A DNA stretch of 64,000 bases from Candidatus Doudnabacteria bacterium. Lineage in GTDB: Bacteria > Patescibacteriota > Doudnabacteria > UBA920. The translations under genes were made by a program, and so were the position numbers. Shown here in pieces: positions 26,328-36,506 of this stretch. Location of the stretch: contig CAVYGQ010000001.1 in NCBI GenBank assembly GCA_963768175.1, positions 510,305 to 574,304 of the forward strand, written 5' to 3'. Under the pieces are notes generated by a model. The model saw nothing but the letters and a program-made list of their open reading frames with translations, was not told where the DNA came from and did no database searches. Every line of letters starts with the position of its first letter. Positions within the stretch are counted from its first letter, which is position 1.

Positions 26328-27686
26328 CTATTTTGGGCGGTTTTGATCTCTTTTACCGGTAATTTCCCGAGTCGCGCTTAAAACATTTTTATAGATTCTA
26401 AAAAGTTTTTTCGTGCCAAATTTGTTGTCGTGGCAGGCGTAACCCGTGGCCACGCCCAAAAATTTGACCCCGGAGTTTTCCGCGGTTTTGGCGTCGCGGC
26501 AGGAGTCGCCGATAAAAAAACTTTTTTTCAAATTTATGTTTAAATCCCCGGCTGCCTGCCTGACCAGGCCGATTTTTGGCTTGCGGCATTCGCAATCAAT
26601 GGCATACTTTTTTACCGGATGCAGCACCGTGCCGTCTGCTTTATGGTGCGGGCAAACGTATATGGCGTCCAAAAAAGCACCCCTTTGGCCCAACTCCCAT
26701 TCCAGTTTGTTGTGGATTTCCCTAACTCCTGCTTCGGTAATATACCCGCGGGCAATTTGCGGCTGGTTGGTTAAAACAACGGCCAAAACTCCGGCCTCGT
26801 TCAGCAGCCGCACGGCTTTTGCCGCAAAAGGATAAATATGCAAATCTTCCAAACGGCTTAACTGGTTAACTTCTTTATTTAAGACGCCGTCGCGGTCTAA
26901 AAACACGGCGGGCCGCGCGGATTTAAAACTGCCTTTAGCAAATTTCCCCTGCGCGAAATCCCGCCTGACCTGGAGCAGGCGCTTAGGCGTGCCCATGTCT
27001 TTAAAATATTCAGCCGACCGATAAGCCAACAGCACCTTGCCTTGCGCAAGCAGCTTGGGAAAAATTGTATGGCCCAAATCCGAGCCTTGATATTTTTTTA
27101 AATAGGGAAAAATTTTCGGGCTTAAAATCCGCGCGCCGGTGGTGACTAAATTTTGGAAGCTTTGCCCTGGTGGATGTGGCTTGGTATGGAAAGCCACAAT
27201 ACAATGAGTGTCGTCCTCTTCCACCAAATCGCTGTCAAACGGATGGTTATTGGGGTGGACTACCAAACTGGCAATTTGCCCGCGGCGATTCTGACGGTGG
27301 AAATTAACAAAACGCGAAATATCAAAATTCATCATTACGTCACCATATAGCAGTAAAAAATCATCCTTAATTTTGCCGCTTAGCGCGGCCACGCGGTCGG
27401 CCGTATTCATCTCCACCGGCCCCTGGCTAAGATGCAGGCGCATGCCGAACCGGCGGCCACTGCCGCAATATTCAGCAATCTTTTCCGCCAAATAGCCGGT
27501 CAAGATATAAACGTCTTTAATGCCGGCACCGGCCAAAAGGCGCAGCTGGTGCTCAAGTACTGGCTTGCCGAAAACGGGTACAAGCGGCTTAGGTAATTTT
27601 TTGGTCAGGCGGCCAAGGCGCTTCCCCTGCCCGCCGGCTAAAATTACAGCTTTCATAATTTTTTTATTTTTTCTGATAAGCGCCAA
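26328..27686 (-). CDS. Bifunctional protein: N-terminal sugar-1-phosphate nucleotidyltransferase (HddC-like) fused to a C-terminal HAD-IIIA D,D-heptose 1,7-bisphosphate phosphatase (GmhB-like)
   Basis: N-terminus AVILAGGQGKRL...KPLVPV. C-terminus VFLDRDGVLN...CPHH...CRKPK. Confidence 0.7.
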   Translation of the reverse strand: MALIRKNKKIMKAVILAGGQGKRLGRLTKKLPKPLVPVFGKPVLEHQLRLLAGAGIKDVYILTGYLAEKIAEYCGSGRRFGMRLHLSQGPVEMNTADRVAALSGKIKDDFLLLYGDVMMNFDISRFVNFHRQNRRGQIASLVVHPNNHPFDSDLVEEDDTHCIVAFHTKPHPPGQSFQNLVTTGARILSPKIFPYLKKYQGSDLGHTIFPKLLAQGKVLLAYRSAEYFKDMGTPKRLLQVRRDFAQGKFAKGSFKSARPAVFLDRDGVLNKEVNQLSRLEDLHIYPFAAKAVRLLNEAGVLAVVLTNQPQIARGYITEAGVREIHNKLEWELGQRGAFLDAIYVCPHHKADGTVLHPVKKYAIDCECRKPKIGLVRQAAGDLNINLKKSFFIGDSCRDAKTAENSGVKFLGVATGYACHDNKFGTKKLFRIYKNVLSATREITGKRDQNRPK

Positions 27687-28435
27687 GAGCGGAATCCTAA
27701 AATAGCATTGGCTAATTTCGCCAAAGGATAGCGGCCGGCAAACATCTTAATTAATAATTGCTGTTTACGGTAAAAACCCAAAAGTTTTTCCGGAGAATAG
27801 CTTGGCACGCGGTAATCAGTATAAACTTCTTGGCTATTGTGCATTTGGCCCAAAAGTCCCAGCCGCAGCCAGCAATAATAATCTTCCGCGTAATCGTTTT
27901 CCAAAAAAATAAATCCGCCGGCCCGCTCAGCCGCCTCCCTCCGAAACATAACCGTGGATGTGAAAAAATTATTTCGCAGCAGCATGGTGCGGCGGATGCT
28001 CCAGTCGGCTTGCACGCGGAATTTAATTCCCAAAAATTTGCCGCTGTCGTCTACTTTCCTGACACCCGCCCCAAGCAAAACCACGCCGCTATGGCTGTTT
28101 AAAAAGGCTGCTTGCTTGGCAAGCTTGTTTTTGTCAATCCAAACATCATCGTCATCCAATGCGGCTACAAAAGCTCCGCGGCAAGCTTTTAGTACCCGCT
28201 GGCGGTTTTCGGTAATGCTAACTTGCGGATTATGGTAAAGGCGGGTAATCGGTATCCCCTGGGACTGCAACTGTTCAATGACTTCCCGGGTGTTGTCGGT
28301 AGAATTATTATCGCCCACCACGATTTCAAAATCGCCAAAGCTTTGCCCAGCCGCGCTTAACACCGCCCGTTTCAGCAATTTTGAACGGTTGTAGGTAAGG
28401 ATCATCACGGAAACTTGCGGAATGGTTTGGTTCAT
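27653..28435 (-). CDS. Glycosyltransferase family 2
   Basis: VSVMILTYNRS...DNNSTDNT and a DDDD motif. A paralog of the 20031 gene (shared RTMLLRNNFFTSTVMF). Confidence 0.7.
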   Translation of the reverse strand: MNQTIPQVSVMILTYNRSKLLKRAVLSAAGQSFGDFEIVVGDNNSTDNTREVIEQLQSQGIPITRLYHNPQVSITENRQRVLKACRGAFVAALDDDDVWIDKNKLAKQAAFLNSHSGVVLLGAGVRKVDDSGKFLGIKFRVQADWSIRRTMLLRNNFFTSTVMFRREAAERAGGFIFLENDYAEDYYCWLRLGLLGQMHNSQEVYTDYRVPSYSPEKLLGFYRKQQLLIKMFAGRYPLAKLANAILGFRSWRLSEKIKKL

Positions 28436-29325
28436 AAAATAAATGTCTCGATCAATTTAGCGTGGACTTTTGTGTGCAGAGCCAAATACATGCTGACGCC
28501 GTCGGGAACGGCTTTTGGCAGGCCGGCTATTTCCGACAACTTCTCCCCCGCCTGCAAAAAGATCCGGTAACCCAGCTGATTTAAAAACTCAAAAGTCTTA
28601 TTAAAATTTTGGTTATAAAAATTGCCGGCTTTAATTGTCTTGGCGGACTCATACCAAATTACCGGCTTAAACGAGCCCAAAAGACCGGCACAGCCCTGCA
28701 GGACATCCAGTTCCAGCCCTTCCACGTCAATTTTCATAAAATCCGGGCCAGGTAAGTTTTCCGCCTTGGCAAAATCATCCAGCCTTACAATTTTTACCGT
28801 CCTGGACGCCCCAGCCTGCTTGCCCACAAATTCCCGGTTAAAACTGCTGCCGGTGCCGGCCAAAAATATTTGCTGCTGACCGTTTTGGTTGCTTAAGCCC
28901 ACATTGTAAACTTTGCAAAGATTCTCCAGCCGGTTTAATTTTATGGTTTCTTCCTCCACCCGTTTAAACTCCAATACCGGTTCAAAAGCGTAGCTGCTTA
29001 TTTTCCCCTGCCCTAAAAAAGCCGCCAAAATGCCGAAATATCCGGTGTTGGCGCCGACATCAAAAAAAGTCAGGCGTGGCTTTTCCGCAAGCAGGTATTG
29101 TAACAAATTGGTAACCAGCTTGCTGCCGTCTGCCTCTATTACGCCATTAGACAAAATGCCGTTGGCAATGTCAGAGCTGTCCAATATCCAACCCGCGTAC
29201 CAAAAGCCCAAAGACGACTTCACCGCGGTCAGGGTGTTTTGGCTGGCTTTGGGGAAATAGGCAATTTTTTTGCCCGTCAGCTTTTCCAAAACTTTTAAAA
29301 ATTTGGTAAAAATAAATTGCTTCAT
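28432..29325 (-). CDS. FkbM-family methyltransferase
   Basis: FFDVGANTGYFG motif. Confidence 0.6.
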   Translation of the reverse strand: MKQFIFTKFLKVLEKLTGKKIAYFPKASQNTLTAVKSSLGFWYAGWILDSSDIANGILSNGVIEADGSKLVTNLLQYLLAEKPRLTFFDVGANTGYFGILAAFLGQGKISSYAFEPVLEFKRVEEETIKLNRLENLCKVYNVGLSNQNGQQQIFLAGTGSSFNREFVGKQAGASRTVKIVRLDDFAKAENLPGPDFMKIDVEGLELDVLQGCAGLLGSFKPVIWYESAKTIKAGNFYNQNFNKTFEFLNQLGYRIFLQAGEKLSEIAGLPKAVPDGVSMYLALHTKVHAKLIETFIL

Positions 29326-29329
29326 GTAT

Positions 29330-29935
29330 TTACTTTGCCATTGACTCCCACTTGGTCTGCCGGATTTTTAACCTCGGGTCGGAAACCAGTAAATGCCAAA
29401 TTACCGCCTGAAAGCCTTCGGTGTGCGGGGTAATTTTGTCCGCTCCGGCCTCGGGCACCAAAACGCAGGCGTCCGCGACTTCGGCCGTATACCCGCCTTT
29501 GGGCCCGACAATCCCGCCGATTTTGCAGCCGACTGTCTTGCCGTATGCCAAAGCCTCAACCAGATTCGGGCTGATATTTTTTTCCTTGTTGCCGCCGCCG
29601 ACGGAAAAAACCAGCAGCATATCCTGGGACCGAAGTTTGCTGCCCTTGAGCCATTCCACAAACACGCTGGCCCAGCCTTCGTCGTTGACTCTAGCCGTAA
29701 GTTCGGAAGCGTTGTCCGTGGGCACATAAGTTTCTATGCCGCAAATCTTGCGGAAATCGCAGGACGCGTGTGAAGCATGCCCCGCTCCGCCGCCCACGCC
29801 CAAAATAAACAGACGCCCCCCCTTGCCACGCGTGTCCGCGAGCAAATTAATCAAGCTGTCAATGCTGGGCACGTCCAGTTTGGAAATAATTTCTGCCGAT
29901 TCCTGTAAATATTGTTTGATGAAATCTTGCGTCAT
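29330..29935 (-). CDS. SIS-domain sugar-phosphate isomerase (second GmhA-like paralog)
   Basis: LFILGVGGGAGHASHASCDF with an SIS fold. Confidence 0.65.
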   Translation of the reverse strand: MTQDFIKQYLQESAEIISKLDVPSIDSLINLLADTRGKGGRLFILGVGGGAGHASHASCDFRKICGIETYVPTDNASELTARVNDEGWASVFVEWLKGSKLRSQDMLLVFSVGGGNKEKNISPNLVEALAYGKTVGCKIGGIVGPKGGYTAEVADACVLVPEAGADKITPHTEGFQAVIWHLLVSDPRLKIRQTKWESMAK

Positions 29936-29939
29936 AAAT

Positions 29940-30986
29940 TTAAACCATTAATTTTTTAATTTTTTCCAACTTGTTACTTTTAGCGGAGCAGTATAAAGCT
30001 TCCAAAGCCAAAACGACTTCAACGTTGTCTTGGGCGCTGGCCAAAGGCTGACGCTTTAAAATAATTGCCTGTCTGAATTCCTTCCACTCTTCCTTCCAGG
30101 AAACATCTTCCCCGACAAACTCAAAAATTTCTTCCAAAGGCGCGCGCCCCTGCCCGACATCCGTGCCTAAGGTTAAAGTCTCTACCCCATAGCTTTTGCC
30201 CAGACCGTTGATAATCAAGTAGCCTTTGTTGCCGTAAATTTCAAAATTAAACCTGTTTTTCCACTGCGTCAGGCTGGCATGGAAAAAAACATTGGCGCCG
30301 CCGGCGGACTCCAAAAGGGCAAAAGAATTGTCCTCCAGCCGGCTTTTGTGCCAATATACATTCTTGTTGACGGCAAAAGCTGACTTAAACTTGCCCAAAA
30401 ACCAAAATGCCAAATCTATAATATGCACGCCTTGGTCAAACAATTCCCCTCCGGGGGAATATTTTTTTTGCATGCGCCACTCTAAATCGTAGCCTGGCCT
30501 GGCGCCATGGCCGTAAACGCTGCGGATGTACATGGCCTTGCCGATTTTACCGGCTTTGTAAAGTTCAAAAGCTTTTGCCACGGCCGGATGGTGGCGGTGG
30601 TTAAAGCCGACTTTTAAAATTTTGCCGCTCTTTTGGGCGGCCTTGCTTACGGCCAAGGCGTCCTTGGATAAACTGCCCAAAGGTTTTTCCACCAAAACAT
30701 TTTTTTTGGCCGCCAAAACTTTTAGCGCCAAGCCCAAATTAACATCGGTAGTGGCAGCAATAACCACGGCATCAACTTTGCTGTTGTTAAAAATGGCGCC
30801 TAAATCCCGGACGGCGGCCGCGTGGGCGGCATTAGCCAGGGCTTGAGCTTTTTTGAAATTGATGTCGTAAACTGCAACCACTCGGTCAGTTTTTAAATCT
30901 AAAATCGCCTGGACCCTTTTAGCCCCAATGTTGCCGGCGCCGATTATGGCGATGTTTAATTTACGGTTTTTTATCCCGTTAGGCAT
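29940..30986 (-). CDS. Gfo/Idh/MocA family NAD(P)-dependent oxidoreductase
   Basis: IAIIGAGNIGAKR Rossmann motif and a Gfo/Idh/MocA C-terminal domain. Confidence 0.7.
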   Translation of the reverse strand: MPNGIKNRKLNIAIIGAGNIGAKRVQAILDLKTDRVVAVYDINFKKAQALANAAHAAAVRDLGAIFNNSKVDAVVIAATTDVNLGLALKVLAAKKNVLVEKPLGSLSKDALAVSKAAQKSGKILKVGFNHRHHPAVAKAFELYKAGKIGKAMYIRSVYGHGARPGYDLEWRMQKKYSPGGELFDQGVHIIDLAFWFLGKFKSAFAVNKNVYWHKSRLEDNSFALLESAGGANVFFHASLTQWKNRFNFEIYGNKGYLIINGLGKSYGVETLTLGTDVGQGRAPLEEIFEFVGEDVSWKEEWKEFRQAIILKRQPLASAQDNVEVVLALEALYCSAKSNKLEKIKKLMV

Positions 30987-31057
30987 ATAATTTTATGCGC
31001 GATTTATTAATCAAACTGCTTATTTTATCTGTCTTTGTTCCCCGATAAACGAAATGT

Positions 31058-31915
31058 CTAATGGGATTCATAAAAATATTTGTTATCAATTCTCCTTAAA
31101 GTATAGCTCGAATTTCGATTAATTTCGTCCACTATTTTTTTGCTGAATGTTTTCCAACCGTCCCACTTGACGGATATCAACTTGCCGGTTAGGTTATGGG
31201 ATTTGGTGGAACATAAAAATAAAATCAGTTCCGCCGCCAGTTCGGCGGAATCTCCGCCGCTTTGCTTTTGTTTTAAGGCCGCGTAGAATTCGCTGTCCCC
31301 GGCTTTTTTGCCGGCTTTTAAAGTTTCTGCTAAAAACTTGGTGTTAATCGCCCCCGGCGCAATGGAGTTAACCTGAATATGGTATTTCTCGTACTCCCGC
31401 GCCAAATTTTCCGTCAGTCTGACTACCGCGGCTTTGGAAACGGCATAGGCGCTAAAATTCGGCCGCGGCTGTACTGCGCCGCCGCCCGACATATTAATAA
31501 TTTTCCCGCTTTTCTGTTTGGCCATTTTCGGCAATACCGCCATGGCCATATGCACCGTCCCTAAAAGGTTTATGGCAATTGTTTTTTGCCAATCCTTAGC
31601 CGAAACTTTAGCGGTCTCCCCCACCGGCCCCAATATTCCGGCGCAATTTACCAAAACGTCAACCCGTTTGAATTTGGATAAAACTTTTTTTACCGCCGCC
31701 CGGGCCTGCCGAAAATCTGAAACATCGGCAGCCACTGTCAAACAAGGGGAAATAGCCAATAAAATTTTTGCGGCCGTGTTTAATTTTGCGCGGCTGCGAC
31801 CAACTAAGGCCACAGACGCACCGGCTTTGGCAAAAGCCAAAGCCGCGGCCCAGCCGATGCCGCTGGCGCCTCCGGTTATTACCACAACTTTATTTTTAAA
31901 TTCTTTTCCCGTCAT
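31058..31915 (-). CDS. Short-chain dehydrogenase/reductase (SDR)
   Basis: VVVITGGASGIG, NAG, and YxxxK (YAVSKAA) motifs. Confidence 0.75.
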   Translation of the reverse strand: MTGKEFKNKVVVITGGASGIGWAAALAFAKAGASVALVGRSRAKLNTAAKILLAISPCLTVAADVSDFRQARAAVKKVLSKFKRVDVLVNCAGILGPVGETAKVSAKDWQKTIAINLLGTVHMAMAVLPKMAKQKSGKIINMSGGGAVQPRPNFSAYAVSKAAVVRLTENLAREYEKYHIQVNSIAPGAINTKFLAETLKAGKKAGDSEFYAALKQKQSGGDSAELAAELILFLCSTKSHNLTGKLISVKWDGWKTFSKKIVDEINRNSSYTLRRIDNKYFYESH

Positions 31916-31919
31916 AATT

Positions 31920-32909
31920 TTAAATTTTGGAAATTACCTCCGCCCCCTCAAGGCTAAATTTATACGGCATTTGGGTCATGCCCGCGTGTTGCATAATTTT
32001 TATAAAACTCTCCCGTTCTTTGGGGACAAAAAACAAAAACAGCCCGCCACCGCCGCTGCCCATAATCTTCCCGCCTTCGGCGCCGTTTTTTAAGGCCAAA
32101 TCGTACAGTCCATCCAGCCACGGGTCCGACATTTTGGCGGAGATGGTTTTTTTGGTCAGCCAATGCTCGTGCAACAGTTTGCCGAAATTTTTTATGCTGC
32201 CTTTTTCCATTTCGGCTTTCAGCTGCCGGCCAATGTCTTTAATTTTGAGCATGGCGGTTTCCGTCTGCGAGCCGCTGATTTTGGCTTTTTCACTTTGCTC
32301 CTGCAGAATGCTGACGGTGTCGTGCTTTTGATGGGTATAAAAAATTAAGGTTTTTTGCTCCAACTCGCTAATTAACTCTTGGCTGAAATTTGGCCGCCTG
32401 ACTTCCACTTTTCCATTTTTTTCTATTTCCATTTCCACAAACCCGCCAAAAGCAGCTAAATATTGGTCCTGCTTGCCCACTGGCTTATTTAAAATATCCA
32501 CTTCTATATGGTAAGCCAGCTCGGCCAAATCCTGCGGCCCAATGTCCTTTCCCTGCCAAGCGTACAAAGCTTTTAACAAACCGACAATATAACTGCCCGA
32601 AGAGCCCATGCCGGTGCCGGGAGGCAAATCTGCAAACGAGACAATTTCCATTCCCTGGGCCGGGATTTGCACGGCTTTTAAAGATTCCCTGGCTAAATCG
32701 TGCTTAACTTCCTCCAGAGTATTGGCAACTTCGGCATCGGAGTGAGTTACGCGGATTAAATTTTCCACCGCGGACTTGTTTAGCCCAATGTACAGATATT
32801 TGTCTATGGTGGCGCTGAACAAAAACCCGCCGTGCTTTTGATAAAAAGCCGGTAAATCCGTGCCCCCGCCGCCTAGGGGGATCCTAAAAGGCGTTCGTGT
32901 AATAATCAT
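31920..32909 (-). CDS. GHMP sugar kinase (second heptose-7-P kinase-like paralog)
   Basis: RTPFRIPLGGGGTDL...PPGTGMGSSGS. Confidence 0.7.
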   Translation of the reverse strand: MIITRTPFRIPLGGGGTDLPAFYQKHGGFLFSATIDKYLYIGLNKSAVENLIRVTHSDAEVANTLEEVKHDLARESLKAVQIPAQGMEIVSFADLPPGTGMGSSGSYIVGLLKALYAWQGKDIGPQDLAELAYHIEVDILNKPVGKQDQYLAAFGGFVEMEIEKNGKVEVRRPNFSQELISELEQKTLIFYTHQKHDTVSILQEQSEKAKISGSQTETAMLKIKDIGRQLKAEMEKGSIKNFGKLLHEHWLTKKTISAKMSDPWLDGLYDLALKNGAEGGKIMGSGGGGLFLFFVPKERESFIKIMQHAGMTQMPYKFSLEGAEVISKI

Positions 32910-33619
32910 TTGCCGATAAAATATTGGTTAGCTTTTTCTAAATATTCCAAAGTATCCACCCCAAATAATGCTTCTTTAGGGTCAATAATGTAGGCCTGAA
33001 GTGGCATTTGCTGTTTTAACATTTCGGGAAAAACTTCTTTGCCAAAATCATAAAACCGATTTTCGGGAATAAGCTTAAATATTTCCGGCGTGCATTTGTA
33101 AACCCCGCCGTTTACGTAAGGGATTTCGGGCCGGCTGATGCCTTCGTAAAAGCCGGTTATTAAACCGTCGCTGACTTCCACTACCCCGCCGGCCGCGCCG
33201 CTGTTGGGGTTAACCGTCCGATCAAACAATAATACGGAACACGCGGACTTTAGAGGCTGATTCGCAATTCCCAAAAAATCCAGATCAAAAACATTGTCGC
33301 CGTAAACCACTAAAAATTCTCTTTCGTCCGTAAACTCGTCTTCAACTTTTTTTAAGCCTCCAGCAGTGCCCAAAATTTCCGGTTCAAAAGAATATTTTAT
33401 TTCAACGCCCCACTTGCCGCCGTTGCCAAAATAATTCGGCACCGCCTCCGGAAAATAATGGGTGTTAATTACCAAATCCCCGACGCCGGCCTTTTTTAGC
33501 TGGCCAATGGTCCGCTCCAAAATTTTTTTGCCCCCGACCTCCAACATAACTTTGGGCTGGCTTTCAGTAAGAGGCCGAAGGCGCGTGCCCAAACCAGCGG
33601 CTAAAATAAAAGCTTTCAT
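32906..33619 (-). CDS. Sugar-1-phosphate nucleotidyltransferase
   Basis: KAFILAAGLGTRLRPLT...KVM N-terminal motif. Confidence 0.65.
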   Translation of the reverse strand: MKAFILAAGLGTRLRPLTESQPKVMLEVGGKKILERTIGQLKKAGVGDLVINTHYFPEAVPNYFGNGGKWGVEIKYSFEPEILGTAGGLKKVEDEFTDEREFLVVYGDNVFDLDFLGIANQPLKSACSVLLFDRTVNPNSGAAGGVVEVSDGLITGFYEGISRPEIPYVNGGVYKCTPEIFKLIPENRFYDFGKEVFPEMLKQQMPLQAYIIDPKEALFGVDTLEYLEKANQYFIGK

Positions 33620-34557
33620 TTTCCTGATACGTACTGCTTAATGTAATCTATACTTTCCTGCAATCCCTGCTCCAAAGAGGTTTTCGGCTCCCAGCCAAGC
33701 GCTTTGGCCTTGGTAATATCCGCCAAATTTTCCTGGGCTTCGCCTTCCAAATTAGGCTTAAATTCCGGTTCCAATTTACTGCCAATTAACCTTTGGATGA
33801 TTTGGAAAATTTCCAAAACGGAAACATTTTTCCCGGTGCCCAAATTATATACCTGGCCGTTGGTTCGGTCGTCGTCCATGGCTAACATATGAAAGTCGTT
33901 TATGTCGTCCACATAAATAAAATCGCGGCGTTTGCTGCCGTCGCCGTAAATTACCGGCCTTTCGCCCTTTAAAAGTTTGATAATAAAGGCGGAAAACACC
34001 GGCGGAATGCTGCGGCGGTAATCCTGCCTTGGCCCATATACATTAAAATAACGCAGGGCCGTGGTTTTTATCCCGGAAAAACGTTCAAAGCCTTGGGCAA
34101 AATATTTGGAAGCCATTTTGGCGCAGGCGTAAAAACTTTCCGGATGCTCGTCCTCTTCCGGGGTTGGTAAAATTTTACTGCCTTCGTAAATGGCGGAACT
34201 TTCCGCGTAAATTACCTTCCTGACTTTAGCGGCTACGGCGGCGACAAAAATGTTTACCGTACCGGTCACGTTAATGTCCGCGGTCTCTACGGGATCTTTT
34301 TGGCAATCGGAAATAGAATTTTTCGCGGCCATATGGAAAACCGTATCCACGCCTTTAAATACCGGATAAATATCTTTGGAGCGGATATCCAATTTGTAAA
34401 ACTTGACGCCCTGGGGAATTTGCTCTTTTGGCCCGTAAGCTAAATTATCTATCCCCAAAACTTCATAGCCTTCTTTTAAAAGCCGGTCTGCCAAATTGCT
34501 GCCGATGAATCCGGCCACTCCTGTAATTAATACTTTTTTTGGCATAAATTTAAGCAA
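33616..34557 (-). CDS. NAD-dependent epimerase/dehydratase (extended SDR)
   Basis: VLITGVAGFIGS Rossmann motif and YxxxK. Confidence 0.75.
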   Translation of the reverse strand: MLKFMPKKVLITGVAGFIGSNLADRLLKEGYEVLGIDNLAYGPKEQIPQGVKFYKLDIRSKDIYPVFKGVDTVFHMAAKNSISDCQKDPVETADINVTGTVNIFVAAVAAKVRKVIYAESSAIYEGSKILPTPEEDEHPESFYACAKMASKYFAQGFERFSGIKTTALRYFNVYGPRQDYRRSIPPVFSAFIIKLLKGERPVIYGDGSKRRDFIYVDDINDFHMLAMDDDRTNGQVYNLGTGKNVSVLEIFQIIQRLIGSKLEPEFKPNLEGEAQENLADITKAKALGWEPKTSLEQGLQESIDYIKQYVSGK

Positions 34558-34623
34558 TAAATCTAATGAAAACTAACTAATCTTACCATAAATTAGCCGG
34601 ATTCACAAACAAGGCGACCGTTT

Positions 34624-35265
34624 TTATTTTACAATTTCCAATATTTCTTTTAAACTTTTTGCCTCGTAAAATGCCGGTTTTTTAAAATTTTTATCAGCGG
34701 CGGGATATTTGTAATCCTTATTATATTCTGTGCGGATAAAAATATTTTTTGTGCCCGCGGCAATCCCCGCTTCCATATCCTTGCCCGAATCTCCCACCGT
34801 GTAGCATTCCGCCAAATCCAAATGATAATCTTTGGCCGCATCCAAAAGCAACCCGGGTTTCGGCTTGCGGCAATTGCAGTTGTCGGCTTTATCATGCGGA
34901 CAGACATAAATTGCATCTATGGCCGGGATGTTGGTCTTTAAAAAATCATTCATTCTCATCAGTTCTTCCCAGCTCATCTTTTTCCGTGCCACGTCCGGCT
35001 GGTTGGTATGGACAATATTCAGCCACCCGCGCATTTTCAGCTCGTTTAAAACTTCCGCAGCGCCGGCCACCAGCTTGAAATCCTCAAATTTTTGCGGGCC
35101 GACGTTTTTTTCACCATCAAAGGGCCTAAACGCCAAAACGTGGTTTAGCACGCCGTCGCGATCCCAGAGAATTGCTTTACCCCGCCCCACTTTTCCCAAA
35201 TTTTTGTTTATACCCATAAAATATTTTTTTGATTTATTAAACTCCCAAATTGAAATCTCTTCCAT
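34624..35265 (-). CDS. gmhB: HAD-IIIA phosphatase, D,D-heptose 1,7-bisphosphate phosphatase-like (second GmhB paralog)
   Basis: ILWDRDGVLN...CPHDKADNCNCRKPKPG zinc-binding motif. Confidence 0.65.
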   Translation of the reverse strand: MEEISIWEFNKSKKYFMGINKNLGKVGRGKAILWDRDGVLNHVLAFRPFDGEKNVGPQKFEDFKLVAGAAEVLNELKMRGWLNIVHTNQPDVARKKMSWEELMRMNDFLKTNIPAIDAIYVCPHDKADNCNCRKPKPGLLLDAAKDYHLDLAECYTVGDSGKDMEAGIAAGTKNIFIRTEYNKDYKYPAADKNFKKPAFYEAKSLKEILEIVK

Positions 35266-35282
35266 AAAAAGTGGGGCGGGGT

Positions 35283-36506
35283 TTATTCATAATAAAACTT
35301 CCTTATAAAATTATACGTCTTGGGAAATTTAAGGGTAAATAATTTCCCCCAAAAAAACGGCATGGCTTTTAAATTATGCCAATATAAAATTATATAACCC
35401 TTAACTTTACCGAAAAAAGTGTTGTGGTAATACCTTTGGCAGGCCGCCGCAAAATCCGCGTTAATTTTTTTGCTCCATTTTTCCATGCCAAAAATTTCCA
35501 GCGCCCTAGAGCGCGCCAGCTGCCCCATAGACCGAATTTGATTCTTATGCTCCACCACCCATTTCATATTTTCAAAATAAGCGTCAACATCGCCGGCCTC
35601 GCACCAGCGCGCAAACGACGGGTCAAGCAAGTCCAAATGGTCGTTGTGTACGGGCGATTTGTGGGTTAAAATCGGATTGCCAGCCAGCATAGCTTCGGCT
35701 ATTGCTATTCCGACGGTCTCGCCGTCCTTGCGGGCATGGGCCAGCACGTCTATTTCATGGTAAAACTCCGCCAGCTTGTTGAAATCGGTAATTGCCGGGC
35801 GGAACTCCATATTTTTTACGCCCAGCTCTAATGCCAACTTTTTCCAAGCCGGCGGCGGGCAAACCACAATGTATTTTACCTTATCTCCATAAGTTTCCTC
35901 GAGTTTTTTAAAAGCCTTTAGCGCAATAGGGTCAAAAATATCATCATTCCCCCGGCCAATACGGCCAAATACGACCGTGCCCGAAACCAGGGGCTTATTT
36001 AAAATTTCCGGGGAATAATCGGTAAGCGGGTTAAAAAACCATTCCACATTTTCCACTCCCCGGCTCTTTATCCTTTCTCGGTTGCCCCGGCCCGAAACAT
36101 AAACTTTGTAAACATTGCCATTGCTAAAATAATGCCCGAACGGCGAAACTAAAACCAGCGGGATGCCGGCCGGGATTCTGTTTATGGGAAATTGGTAATG
36201 GGCGAACACGGGAGTATGAACGCACTGAATTGAATATTTTTTTATGATTTGGCTCAAAGTTGGCATCATATTTAAACAGCGGAACGGCTCGCGCTCCTGC
36301 CTTTTGGAAAAACTAAACGGCACCAATATCACTCCGGCGGCTTCCAACTCTTTAGCCTCCTGCTCGTCGCGGTTTGGCCCATGGGCAAAAAATACCCGAA
36401 AGTTTGGGGCTAAAATTTTTGCTATCTGGCGCTCAAGTTTTTGCGTGCTACCGTAAAAAAATCCCTGCTCGTCAAAAATTAAAATGTTAGGTTTTAGCAT
36501 CTTCAA
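35283..36506 (-). CDS. GT-B fold glycosyltransferase (GT1/GT4-like)
   Basis: HARKDGETVGIAIAEAMLAGNPIL (E-x7-E region). Confidence 0.5.
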   Translation of the reverse strand: MKMLKPNILIFDEQGFFYGSTQKLERQIAKILAPNFRVFFAHGPNRDEQEAKELEAAGVILVPFSFSKRQEREPFRCLNMMPTLSQIIKKYSIQCVHTPVFAHYQFPINRIPAGIPLVLVSPFGHYFSNGNVYKVYVSGRGNRERIKSRGVENVEWFFNPLTDYSPEILNKPLVSGTVVFGRIGRGNDDIFDPIALKAFKKLEETYGDKVKYIVVCPPPAWKKLALELGVKNMEFRPAITDFNKLAEFYHEIDVLAHARKDGETVGIAIAEAMLAGNPILTHKSPVHNDHLDLLDPSFARWCEAGDVDAYFENMKWVVEHKNQIRSMGQLARSRALEIFGMEKWSKKINADFAAACQRYYHNTFFGKVKGYIILYWHNLKAMPFFWGKLFTLKFPKTYNFIRKFYYE

